In this document: positions 1-11,128 of the stretch, one piece after another | How the letters are laid out: each line of letters begins with the position of its first letter | How positions within the stretch are numbered: the first letter of the stretch is position 1 | NCBI GenBank assembly: GCA_017499595.2 | Contig: CM038999.1 | Location: forward strand, 2,170,001 to 2,234,000 | Length of the DNA: 64,000 nucleotides | Direction: 5' to 3' | From: Psilocybe cubensis | Lineage: Eukaryota | Notes under the pieces: model-generated | Database searches by the model: none | What the model saw: only the letters and a program-made list of their open reading frames with translations | Told to the model about the DNA's origin: nothing | Program-made: the position numbers and the translations under genes

Positions 1-1620
1 AACAAGAGTTTCGTCTCTTTCAGTTCTTAGGTGCTCTGTCTCTGTTGATGAAGCCATTGCAGCCTCCGACGACATTCGTAGTCGTTCATTCTCATACTCC
101 GCTGCATCTAGGCGAGACTGTAGTTGTTCAATTATTGCGAGTTCATCAGTGCCGACAGATCTGAATGAGGTCGACGAACTTGGACGCGATGACGACGAAA
201 ATGGGGAAACGGAGGAGGTTGATTTTTCCTGGATTAAAAGATCATTTCTAGACTGTGGAGGCGAAGAGCGATTAACGCCCGTTTGCAGATGGTGCAATGG
301 CAAGGCTTTGGGTGACGGAGGGGGAGGCATTGCCACGCCACTTGGGATACGTGCTCGTGGGGTATTCATTGATGTTCGGTTCCTTGCAGACAATGAAGTA
401 GGTGAGCCACCTGCGTTAGACGAGCGTATACTACCTGCCCTAGGCGTTGAAAATGGAGAGCCCGAGGATCGAGATGGTGATGACAAGGTGCGAGACATGG
501 TCGGGCTATTTAGTGATATGCCAGAGCTTTCGCTTTTACGAGTCGAAGTCTCTGGACTTGTTTTACTGCGCGAATTGAGTTGCTGGGCTGTCATCGTCAT
601 GTACTTCGATGCACGAGAGCCGGCTGTTATTTTTTCCGAAAGAGGGGCAACTGTTTTTGGTTTGGAACTTGGGGTTTTGAAGAGCCTCTGTTGGGATAAT
701 CCTGGAAGTGAGGAATTTGGTGTGATTCTCCCACTGGAGTCTGAAGGTGTTATACGGCCCCCAGTCGATGGAGTGACTCTTCCATTGGAAAAAGATGCCG
801 AAGGGGTCCTCATGCCCACAAAAGAGGGCGTAGTCCTTCCTGAGTTCACGGTTGAGGATTTCATGCCCCCTCTGGAAGACGCTACAGATGGAGGGCGTTG
901 AATCGCTCCTGGACCAACTGTTGGAGCTGATAATTTGGTGGTGGCTACAAAAACCCCACATTTGGCAGGACAATTGAAGTACTGTTTGCTATGATATAGA
1001 AATTTTCGTTAGCCTGACTACGCGCAGAGATGATATACTAGTGGTCAACTCATAATGAAAGGCGACACTTACCCGTCAACAGAACCATTATTCTTCCCCT
1101 TTCCAGAAAACCCGCCGCTCAATTCTACACCTGCCCATAGACCAGGCTTCCCCTCAATATCCCCTATGTACCTCAGTTTCCCCTCAAAGCCCAGAGACTC
1201 TATTCTGACATTGTCGCCTACTTCGAACGTTTTAGGTGGCTTGCTAAGCTCGGATCGACTCGGGGGCCGACTTGAAACTCGTGCTGATATTGGAGTTTTA
1301 ATCCTATCTTGAGCTTTAGTTGAAGAAGAGGATGCTGATGAAGATGGTCTCCCTGCGACAGAGCGACGGCCCGAGAACGCGCCTGATTGAGGGGAAAGCG
1401 ACGACGTTGAGATACTATTTGCTAGAGAGTTATTGCGATGCATCGAGGGGTCATTCGCCTTGATTGCGTCTGCAAAGGCGCGAGTAATATCATCAGCCTG
1501 GGTTTGATCATAATTTTGATGGATATTTGAATTTGAACGAGATCTTCCAGGAGTCGGGATGCTACTGGCTCGTCCAGGTCCAGGGATCCCCGACTGTCGG
1601 GGCCTACCAGGTGTAGCCAT
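1..1620 (-). CDS. CAP-Gly domain cytoskeleton-associated protein (CLIP-170/Tip1/Bik1-like), 5' part; exon 1 1620-1073, exon 2 988 to beyond the window edge
   Basis: ATG at 1620 (MATPGRPRQSGIP...). Splicing GTAAGT (1072) to AG (989), with a CTAAC branch site, joins GKLRYIGDIEGKPGLWAGVELSGGFSGKGKNNGSVDG to KQYFNCPAKCGVFV, a canonical CAP-Gly motif. A Ser/Pro/Arg-rich linker and a coiled-coil-like start follow. Confidence 0.88.
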
Positions 1621-1760
1621 ATTTATTGAATAGCTCAGCAAGGAAACGATTGCTTGACGCAACCAACTACCATAGACGAGATCGATGTTTAGGATTATAG
1701 AGTAAAGTACAACCTTTTGACAGCCCCAAATTGACAACGCAAAACACGAACAGAGATTAA

Positions 1761-1770
1761 ATCACGTGAT
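1761..1770. promoter_or_regulatory. Perfect palindromic E-box (ATCACGTGAT) about 140 bp upstream of the CAP-Gly gene ATG
   Basis: The 10-bp palindrome is seen directly. CACGTG is a known bHLH (Cbf1-type) site; function here is inferred. Confidence 0.3.
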
Positions 1771-1968
1771 GTCATTGCTGGGAAATACTGAACGATAAAT
1801 CCCAAAAAACACGCCGTATTCTTCTTTACCTACCTGCCCACTTGATATCTTGATGACGCTCAGGCAGAAACAAAAATACAAAATAGCCCATGACGGCAAT
1901 ATAGTAATGCTCGTCGATAAGTAGGGGACAAAAAGAAGGGGGCAAACTGGACAGCATAAAAAGTATAA

Positions 1969-2598
1969 CTAGTTGCGCTTCTTCGATACACCAACAGTCT
2001 TGCCGCGACGACCTGGATAAGAATAAATAATTTTATTATCGGTTGTATTTCCAAAGTCAAATTAGACTTACCTGTCGTCTTTGTGTGCTGTCCCCTCACG
2101 CGCAGTCCCCAGTAGTGCCTCAAACCACGGTGAGCCCTGATCTTCTTCAAACGCTCCAAATCGTCACGAAGCTTGGAATCAACGCCGTTGGAAAGGATCT
2201 GAGAGTTCTTGCCGTCGACAATGTCCTTTTGTCTGTTCAAAAACCAGGTAGGAATCTTGAACTGGGTTGGATTTTGAATGATGGTGACAAGCCGTTCAAG
2301 TTCGTCTGAGTTGAGGTCGCCCGCGCTAGAGAAACTTGAGTACTAAGGTGTTATTGAAAATGAAAGTGTTACGCACCGCTTGTTCAGGTCGACATCAGCC
2401 TTTTTGCACACCAAGTTGGAGTAACGACGTCCAACACCCTTGATTTCAGTCAGAGCGTACATGATTTTGCGCTTTCCGTCGACATTGGTGTTCAACAGAC
2501 GGAGAATGTGCTGCAGAGTACGATGAGTCGCCGAAACCTTTCCATCATATCCTACACACCTGGAATTGCTGGTGGGCCTCGGGGACAACGAGAGACAT
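1969..2598 (-). CDS. RPS18: 40S ribosomal protein S18 (uS13); exons 2598-2560, 2510-2377, 2325-2072, 2012-1969
   Basis: Spliced translation [69 protein letters not shown]...[36 protein letters not shown]. Three GT-AG introns of about 50-60 nt. Confidence 0.97.
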
Positions 2599-2614
2599 TA
2601 TGTCGTGAGTGGAT

Positions 2615-2770
2615 CTGAGATAATGAAAGAGTGGGTAAGTTCAGTAATCCACTTCGTCATCCACTACGATTGCAACCAATCCAACCAAAAGTGAGGCTTT
2701 CTGACCTCGCAGCGACAAATGGTCATGATTGCATCCCGTTTGGATACCGAATACATAATGAGGGACTCAC
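2615..2770 (-). other. Putative 5'-UTR intron of RPS18 (156 nt)
   Basis: Minus-strand GTGAGT donor at 2770 and a pyrimidine-rich ...TCTCAG acceptor at 2615, 16 nt upstream of the ATG. Confidence 0.55.
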
Positions 2771-3600
2771 TTTACTGCCGTCTGATATTCTGAGCACGTT
2801 GTCGAGGGTGTCGTAGACGTTCCTGAGGGCGTATCGAACTCTGTTTGCACATGTTTACGATCAGTGGCGGTCTTGTCTGTGACGACTCGGTACTCGGCGG
2901 TACCTAATCTCGGCTCCAGATGTTCGGGAGAGCTCCGGCGGAGAATGAAAGCGGAGAAAACTATTGCAAATCGGCGTGCGTCCTAGTCTCATTCCCATCT
3001 GTTATAGGGCACAATCTCTCCTCCTGCAAGAGGCCTGGGTAGTGTTGCAGCCAGAGTGCAGTGCAGTGACAGTGAAGCCATTTTGGGGTGACTGTGACAT
3101 GCTTCACAGTGATTACAGTCCCTGTGAAGTGCTATGAAGTGTTTGTAATATTATTCACTGTCTTGACCTCACAAAATGGTTGACAAAAGGTTAACGCTTT
3201 GCAAATTATTTTGCCTATGTGTATATGATCAGTCAGTGTACTAATAGTCCAAAACACTTTAATATAGCAATTTTTTGACTTTTTGCAACAAATCTAGCAA
3301 AAACCAAGTAGAAATATGTATTGACAATAAGATCAAAAAAAGCTAGACCATGTGCACTGTTAAAATTTTTATTGGAATCTCATCTAGATAGATAAAGGTT
3401 ATGTGCAATAAATATCCTCCATATAAAGTAGATATCCCAAACATTCTCATGTATTCAATAAAAATGCAGAGACCAAATGGATTACTATGTCCGCGCGTCC
3501 GCTAGACATCCGCCAGACAGACTCATGTGACTACCTCATCATGTCGCGTCTCAATGTATATTGCGTGCAAGAGTGCGCGCTTTGTAAACATACTCAACAA

Positions 3601-3680
3601 CCCTAATCCCTAATCCCTAATCCCTAATCCCTAACTTCTACACCCAACCCTAAACTACCTAATCCCAACCCTAAACTACC
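3601..3680 (+). repeat. Telomere-like heptamer repeat (CCCTAAT)4-CCCTAAC plus degenerate CCCTAA units
   Basis: Seen directly at 3601-3635, with CCCAACCCTAAACTACC x2 downstream. Confidence 0.85.
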
Positions 3681-3711
3681 AAAAAATAAAACAAACTTCT
3701 CAAATATGGCA

Positions 3712-4159
3712 AGCACTGGAATGGTAAGATTGAAACTAAAAATTCCACCACTGCAGTAGTATAAGTTATGTAGACTATTCCACTACTTCAGTGGTAAAAA
3801 TCATGTACACTATTCTAGCACTTAAGTGATATAAGATACATTCAAAATTCACCACTCCAGTGATGTAGGAATTATAAAATTAGTAATAATTACTATTCTT
3901 AGCATTGTATTTATTCTATCTGACACACAATTATGACCACTGCAGTGGTGGAATACAACAAGTCAATTTCAGCACTGAAGTGGTAAACTCTAACATATTA
4001 CTTTCACCACTTCAGTGCTAATTTAAGCTTGCTACATTCCACCACTAAAGTAGTTATACTTATATGCTATACTTGATTACTGGAGTGATCAAATTTACAT
4101 GTCGGATTTGACCACTTCAGTGGTAAAATCTAACATGTTAATTTCACCACCGCGGTGGT
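3712..4159. repeat. 35-bp-period array of a 14-bp palindrome ACCACTNNAGTGGT (12 copies in two blocks)
   Basis: Cores start at 3712, 3747, 3782, 3817, 3851 and at 3936, 3971, 4006, 4041, 4076, 4111, 4146, separated by 20-21-bp AT-rich divergent spacers. Confidence 0.85.
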
Positions 4160-5386
4160 CATGCGGATCACGTGCTGTCCGCCGGACACTCTATCCAGTG
4201 GATATTACAATTATAATAATCCATTCTATCTAAAAATGCATGTAATACTTCCATATTTAGTTTAAATTATCCAATATTGCAATTTACAGCATACTTTGTA
4301 GAGCATTTTACTATGACTTTGTTGCACTGTAAAGTGTGTTGGAGAATAAGAAATCAGAGTGCAGTTACAGTCATTGCAAAATGGCTATACTCTGGTAGCA
4401 ATACTAGGTCCAGGACTAATAGGTGGAAATCAAAATTAGAGTTAAAAATTCTACAAAATTTGATCAGAAAATGTGCCCTATAATGTCTGGTACAATTGCA
4501 TAAATAAAAATGTGGACATGTCACATGAGTGTTAACTTATTGACTGGTCAAAAGACTATAGTTCTTTTTGTTTAAACATTATATCTTACTATATTTATAA
4601 TCTCAAATATATAAAAGTATCTAGTTGCTAGCAAAAAACTTAAAAAATTTCTGCTGGAAGACTTTTATGGCTCTAGTCTATGTATAAGCAACCTCAAGTA
4701 TTAACTGTAAAAATATAATATATTAGGTGTGATGAGACAGTAGTATTAGGGTGTAAAGAAAAAAAATGATTTTATAGCATTACTACTAATAAAAACAAAA
4801 GAAAAGAAAGATTATATTATTAATCTAAATTTACGGTGAGTCTATAAACTATATTAGATACTTTCTAATGAGCAATAATAAATGACTTTACCTTAGCCAA
4901 AAAAAAAAGAAAAAAGACTAAGATGCAAAGAAAGAAATAAGCAACTATATGTAAGCTGGACATTGTTAGGGTTTCTCCAGTTTCCCTTCTTTATCTTCAT
5001 AGATTTATTTTATTTTTTCATTATCTTATTAATTATCTGATTAGATAGTTTATTTCTTTTATCATAGCCTTCTTGATCTACTTCTTTCTAGTAAATTCTA
5101 TATGATTTCTAGTTTTACTCATCCTTTTTCTATATAATACTACCCATACACTTTGAGAGGCCCTTACGTCCTCTCACTAAGTCTAGCCTGTTCTAGGCTA
5201 TTTAGGGCAGCACCTCCAGTGCCTCTTGTTAGGCTTCCTTTACCTATTCCTCCTCCTTTCTTCTGTTTCTTGTCCCTACTATGCACCTGCTAGTAGCTAG
5301 GTTGGTTTTGTTTCTCTTTTTTAGTCTTCTTCCTCTCATAGTCCTTTTTCTAGTACATTCTCTATAGTTGTCTGGTCTTTGTAATA

Positions 5387-6990
5387 CAGTGGGCAAAAAA
5401 ACCGTTCAAGTGTTGGTCACATATGAAAAGATTAATTTATAACTTTGAAATTAAAAATGTTAAAAATATGAGATTATTTACAGGTATACTAGAGGGTATT
5501 AGCTAAAGGATGGCACACTAATCATGTGATTTTTCCAAGAATTGACCAAATAGGAGCATATACAGTTTGCTAAGTCATTCAAACAGTTTTTTTGCTAAAC
5601 ACTTGAGTATCAATAAATCATATCTACTAGTACTTTGTATGTCCACCCTTGGCCTTAATCACTGCTGCACACCTTCTAGGCATGCTAGCAATCAAATTCT
5701 GCACCACTTCCTTGGGTATTCCATTCTATTCCTTCTCAACCTCTCCCAAAGTTCATGGATACCCTTTGGTGGGACTTCATGTTCATTAAGTCTTCTTTTG
5801 AGGTATTTCCATAGATGTTCAATAGGGTTGAGATCTGGAGATTGTGCAGGCCATATGAGGACCCTAAAATTCTGCTCTTCAAACCATTTCTTGGCCAATT
5901 TTGAGGTGTGCTTGGGGTCATTGTCTTGCTGAAAGTGGATATCTTCTACCTGTTGACCATACCACTCCAAGGATTTTAGGAGCTCATCACCTAGGATCTC
6001 AGTGTATAACTAAGCATCCATCTTCCCATCAATTCTAGTGGCAAATCCAATTCCTTCCCATCCCATACAACCCCACATCATCAAGTTTCCTCCTCCAAAC
6101 TTCACAGTTTGCTTGATTCTCCTGGGGTCCTGTCTGTTTTCCTTGTCTATCCACACCTGATCTCTGCCATCTGAACCCAATCTGTTGATTTTGGTCTCAT
6201 CTGACCACCAGACCCTTGCCCAGTCATCCACAGTCCACTCCAAGTGCCTTTCTGCAAACTCCAATCTAGCCCTCCTATGCTTTTTTGATAACAAAGGCTT
6301 CTTTTGTTTTGCCACTGAGACCATGCTAGTTGATTTGAGTGCATTCCTAACTGTTTGAGGACTGATATTCTGGCCATTAATTGTAGCCAGAGACTTGGCA
6401 GCTTGCACAGCATTCTTGATTTGTCTAGTTCGAATTCCACGCTTGGTATAGGTGATATTGGCACCAGTCAGCTTCTTTGGGTGTCCTCCATGGGAAACCA
6501 CTGCCTCAGGACAGTAGTCTTGGTGAATCTTGGTGATAGAACCAGCACTAGCTCCAGTCTGGGCCTTGATAGAGGCATAGGAGTGACCAGAAGTAAGAAG
6601 AGAGACAATAGTAGCAATGGTTGCTTTAGAGAGGGGTTTCATGCTTGATTGGGGGGATAAAGAGGTTGGTTGTAGCTATTATATACCTATTCAACATGTA
6701 GTCACATGATTTTATTGATAGTTGTTTGGTACATCAACAAAGTCATGTGATAATACATAGTTTATAGCATTTAAATTACTAGCAAAAAAACTGTTCGAAT
6801 GACTTAGCAAACTATATATGCTGCTGTTTGGTCAATTCTTGGACAAATCACATAATCAGTGTGTCATCCTTTAGCTAACACCATATAGTATATCTGTGAA
6901 TAATCTCATATTTTTAACATTTTTAATTTCAAAGTTATAAATTAATCTTTTTATACGTGACCAACACTCGAACGGTTTTTTTGCCCACTG
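5387..6990 (-). mobile_element. Tc1/mariner (DD34E) DNA transposon, 1604 bp, ~210-bp TIRs, TA TSD
   Basis: TA|CAGTGGGCAAAAAAACCGTTC...GAACGGTTTTTTTGCCCACTG|TA. TIRs at about 5387-5596 and 6780-6990. Confidence 0.95.
5627..6642 (-). pseudogene. Tc1 transposase, disrupted
   Basis: HTH region, WSDETK, FQQDNDPKH...WPAQSPDLNPIEHLW (D-34-E spacing counted) and C-terminal AKGGHTKY*. Premature stop at 6010-6012 and a frameshift near the C terminus. Confidence 0.93.
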
Positions 6991-6992
6991 TA

Positions 6993-7200
6993 TATTTTAT
7001 TAGTGCTTTTGCATTTTTTGAGTTTGTGGTGAGTTTGTCAAGAATTGTGATTTATTATTCTATTTTTCTCCATATGTCCTTCTGTGGAGCCTTATGTGCC
7101 TTGCATTCAAATAAAAAGTGTTCTACAGTTTTTGTAAAAGAGACTGTGGAATGGCTACACATGAAAATGCCAAATTTTTGGCATTTCTCATGTAAATAAG
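6993..7200 (-). mobile_element. Degenerate LINE (Tad-like) ORF2 C-terminal remnant; it appears to continue on the other side of the Tc1 (about 5340-5384)
   Basis: KTVEHFLFECKAH zinc-knuckle-type motif, followed by a KALIKY-like terminus that is interrupted at the Tc1 TA site. Confidence 0.55.
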
Positions 7201-7304
7201 TACGCACGCTAGCATACAAAGAATGGAAAAAACCATTTATTAAGTGGTGTACTATAGCAGTAGGAATACTACCACTACACAAGTAGTTATGTATTGCTGG
7301 AAAT

Positions 7305-8049
7305 TGTCATATGCCGTACTCTTTCAACTCCGTCATACAACACCATCAGTCACATTCCACATCCAACTTCCGTCTTCCAACTTCACTTCCAACTTTGGTC
7401 CTCGACTTTGTCTCCGACTTCCGTCCCTCCAACTTCAGTCCGACTTCGTATGTAGACTTGTCTTAGACACTTGTCTCACTTTACTCCTAAACCCTATTCC
7501 TTTTCTTCATTATTCTTATTTCTTATCTTTATTTCTTCTGACTCATTCATTCATTCTTTATCCTTATTCCTTATGACTCATTTCTTGGTGGTTCATCCTT
7601 ATTCCAATAGTAGTATATAAACCCTTCCTGTTGTAGGCTAAAACCCCCAAACTGATTATCAACTTGGTTCAATTTGGTACAACTTAGCTACTTTATATTC
7701 AATCTATTAAGTTCATTTGCTACTTTGTCTGACTTTGCTCCGAACTCCAATTCCAACTTTGACTGGACTTAGGCTCTAAGAAACTTAAGTCTGCCTCAAC
7801 AACTTTGATCCAACTTTGACCAGTACTTGACTGACTTTGTCTTTGACTTAGTCTCTTGCCTAGTATTGTTCTCCTCTTAGATCTCTGTATCCAAATTAGG
7901 ACACAAGGTATAGGAAGAGCGCAGCACATAAGCTGAAGCTAAGCCCTCTGACAACTGAATTTGACAGCGACTTTGTTCTCCAACTTCAGCCTTCGACTTC
8001 TGTCTATGAACTCGTCCTCGACTTTGTTCCGCTTGACACAACCCTAACA
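7305..8049 (+). mobile_element. Solo LTR (745 bp) with 5-bp TSD GAAAT
   Basis: GAAAT|TGTCA...CTAACA|GAAAT. Internal TATATAAA at about 7614 and short GACTT-rich direct repeats. Confidence 0.85.
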
Positions 8050-9399
8050 GAAATGGAATACATTGTACATTATAAACTACCGTCTATGATAAACTTAGGT
8101 GGGGTAGCTAAAAGACACCAGGGAAAGCAGCAGTATTGAGAGTGAGTGCGCTTACTAGCCGCGCTTACTTCCTACCAAAATTGGCAATAGTTGCCTAAAC
8201 GGTGATGTTTTCTACTTAGTACCCAGAAGCACCTTATGACTAGCCGCACTTAGAAATATTTTCTTCAATTCTCCGAGACTCAGCATGCTGATAGCATAGT
8301 ACAAGTAAGCAACCTGCCAGCCACTATACATATGACTACCATGTAGTGGTACACTTCAATTTTCAATAGTTGACTTATGCATTGAGGTGGAGGCTTAATA
8401 AGCAACTTCTTTATTTGGTCCAAGATTTCATATTATTGCAGGATATCATAAGCTGCAATAAAACAAGGTTTGAGACTGATAGTAAGCGTGGTTATGACAG
8501 AACACCTCCAAGTGTCCTTTTTCATATACGGGAGCCTATGATAATACTAAGATAATGAGTCGGAAGTCAAGTGTGAGATGCTGACAACTGACATAATCAC
8601 TGGACTTCAAGAATAAGCATGCTTGCTAGTAAGTCTAGCAAAAATGCAGAAATACTGTCCTTCCCAACTGACTTGGAAAGGTGCAGTAATAGTATTATGA
8701 ATGGTTTCATTTTCATTTGTAATTGTGTCTTCAAACTTCTTCTCTCAGTAGCTAGTGTAGTATAAATTAAACCATGTACTGTAGTCTAGGGGCAAGCAAT
8801 CTCATATCCAAGAATTGAGAGTACAGATTTATTTTAAACCCCCTCTTTCAAGCAGTGTGATAAGTTGTTTTGCGGACAAACTTGTTGTCTAAGTGAAGAA
8901 AAACACAAGTGTAGTTCACCCAGACTTGGATATAAAGTACTCTGGTGTATAAGAGTGCTTGTATTGCAAATTATTTCTATGCTTTCTGAGTTAACTTTCA
9001 GGAGGTGACCAGGGCAAGAGGCCACCGGTTTGGGTCCGCAAGCTCTTCTTTGAGGGAAGAGCTCCCACTCTATTTCTGTATAGCCAAGAGGGCACCTGTG
9101 ACTAAGAGGGTTGCAGTTTTGATTACTTGTTAGACAAGAGGGCACCTGCAACCAAGAGGGTTGTAGTTTGATTATTGGGATTTCAAGGATTCACCCTCAC
9201 ACCTATTAAGGGAGAATCTCATCTCTGAACAAGACTATATATACCAAAAGACTTAAAGAACAAGTGTGCGCACACAACTTTGACAAGTGCTCTTACTTGT
9301 ATTTGTGAATTAGAGGTAAATTAGTCTCTTTGCAGTTACAACTGGTATGCAGCACTGTGCATACTATCTACCCATTACATCCATTTTAAAGCTTGCGCT

Positions 9400-10890
9400 G
9401 TTCTATAAAGAGTGATAATAGCTTTGCTTCCCTTCTAGTAATGAACACAAATGTTGCAATCTATTGCTTGGGATTTGCACCGTCACCCCAAACAAGACAT
9501 TTCACCGTAGCCTTTTCACCTGCTCATTGCTTGTAGCATTTGGGGCAGAATTTGTCAAATTTTGTGTTGAATTTGCTAAGGTGCAAGTTTAAGGGGGTGT
9601 GCCCTGTGTGCAACTGGATTAGCATGCTTGCTTTTGCCCAGTTGAGTTTGTATGCTTTTTTTTGGAATTTTTTGAATAGGAATTTGTTACTAATATTCTT
9701 GTTTTTGAAGATGGTTTTCCGTTTCGAGATTTCCCAGCATGTTGTCTAGATGTTTATGAGCTTTTTGTGATATGCTTGTTGTTTGGCCAATAAGTTCTTT
9801 GGTTTGTTTTTTTGTAGTGAGTTGAATAGTTCATTTTTGGGGCTACTGTTCTCTTCTGCAGTCTATTTGGCTTTTTTGTCTACTCTCTCATTTTCTAGTA
9901 TGTCCAAGTGGCTGGAAATCCAGTACATTGTGATTTTTCCCTACAGTTTTGTTGCTGCTTCAATCAACTTTTCAGTGATATATTGGCCCGACTTAGCTTT
10001 GGGTGAGCCTGCGTTTTGCAGCATTGACTGATTGTCACTGAATATTACTGTTTTTTTGTTATGTTTAGGGTTTTCTCTCTTGGCTAGCTCCAGGGCAAGG
10101 ACACCCCCTATACTCTCTACTTTATATATGTTGTGCTCTTCCTTGGGGCTAAGATACAGTCTTAGTGTGGTGCCATGTCTGTCTTTTCTTGTTTTTAGCA
10201 GCACTGCTGCTGCCTCTATGTGGCTGTTATGACCTGATCTATCTGAGTAAACTCAGTACTTAGCTATGCAATTCTTTTCCAGTTTCATCAATTCTTTGCG
10301 GCACTTGGCAATCACTATTTTGAAGGGTAGTATGTAGTTTTGCAGCATGGTGTATGGGTGTATAATCTCCAGTGAGTCCAGTGTGAGTTTAAACATCTTG
10401 AGTAATTGGTGAATCGGGAATTTGTGTTTTTGTTGGGATCGTTTGATAGCCTTTTTTATAATAGCGTATAATAGGTGTGCTGGCGGCAGAGTGCATATTC
10501 TCAATGTGGCCCTATGACAGATTTTTAGTAGTATGAGTTTGAGTAGGAGAATACCCACATAGGCATCCAGTAATTCTGTAAGCATGGATTGCATGGCCTC
10601 AGTAATTATCAGTGTAGCATTTTGTTGTACTGTTGTCATCTGCTGTAGCACCGCTACCAAGCCTACATTTCTATGGTACCCAGTTGGTTTTGTGGGTAGT
10701 ATATACCATACATTAATCTTGTAGGCAAGACGGGGTATGATAGTTGCAATATATAATTGACACATTAGTTTTGATTGAATTCCTGTGCTGGGTTTGGATA
10801 GTCTTTGGAAGTTTGATAGCCAACTAATGGCTTTTTTGGTTGTGCTTTGCAGGTGTACCTTCCATTATAGACAGCAGTTAATCTGAAAGC
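9400..10890 (-). mobile_element. Degenerate non-LTR retrotransposon (Tad/RNase H-containing LINE) ORF2 remnant; boundaries approximate
   Basis: Fragments resembling post-RT (LYIATIIPRLAY..VWY), RNase H (ESIGGVLALEL, IFSDNQS, SGQYI) and C-terminal (IQLHTGHTPLN..CPKC) regions. Many stops and CpG depletion. Confidence 0.75.
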
Positions 10891-11128
10891 CTAGACAGTA
10901 AAAGTTGTTTACTCTCCTCTTACTTATAAGGTAGGCCAGTACTAGTGCATAGCATATACAAGGCCTTATTAGATAAAATATAAATTATTAAGAATAATTA
11001 ATTTGCTATACCAATATCTAGCATGCTCTAGTAGCATTCTGCCACATTACAAATATTGGCAGGTCTTGCTAGTAAGTTTGCATAGGATAATAATAAAAAT
11101 ACTTGTGGATTATATATGTACTAGTATT

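Larger units (their letters stand above)
3476..4225. mobile_element. Non-autonomous TIR (MITE-like) element with internal repeats
   Basis: Imperfect terminal inverted repeats AATGGATTACTAT.../...ATAATAATCCATT and a subterminal match TCCGCCAGACAG..CATGTGA vs revcomp TCCGGCGGACAG-CACGTGA. No ORF and no TSD recognised. Confidence 0.6.

Noticed and set aside
149-901. 250-aa plus-strand ORF
   Set aside because: Antisense shadow of the Ser/Pro-rich exon 2 of the CAP-Gly gene; non-ATG start and no motif.
3601-3635. True chromosome end or telomere fusion site
   Set aside because: Only five units, enclosed by an element's TIRs, with no head-to-head repeat arrangement.
3712-4159. CRISPR interpretation of the palindrome/spacer array
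   Set aside because: Eukaryotic context, a repeat of only 14 degenerate bp, spacers partly related to each other, and no cas genes.
3052-4380. CAGAGTGCAG / TGCACTG motifs as hAT termini
   Set aside because: No matching 8-bp TSD or consistent pair of ends could be found.
4964-5340. Possible LTR starting TGTTAGGG
   Set aside because: LTR-like composition but no 3' CA end with a matching TSD; too degraded to call.
3520-6860. Frequent TCACGTGA/TCATGTGA (CDEI-like) motifs as point-centromere elements
   Set aside because: They sit inside transposon ends, have no CDEII/CDEIII context, and point centromeres are a Saccharomycetaceae feature.
8775-9380. Possible solo LTR with a ~50-bp internal duplication (about 9084-9176)
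   Set aside because: The candidate TG and CA ends give no matching TSD, so the boundaries are unsupported.
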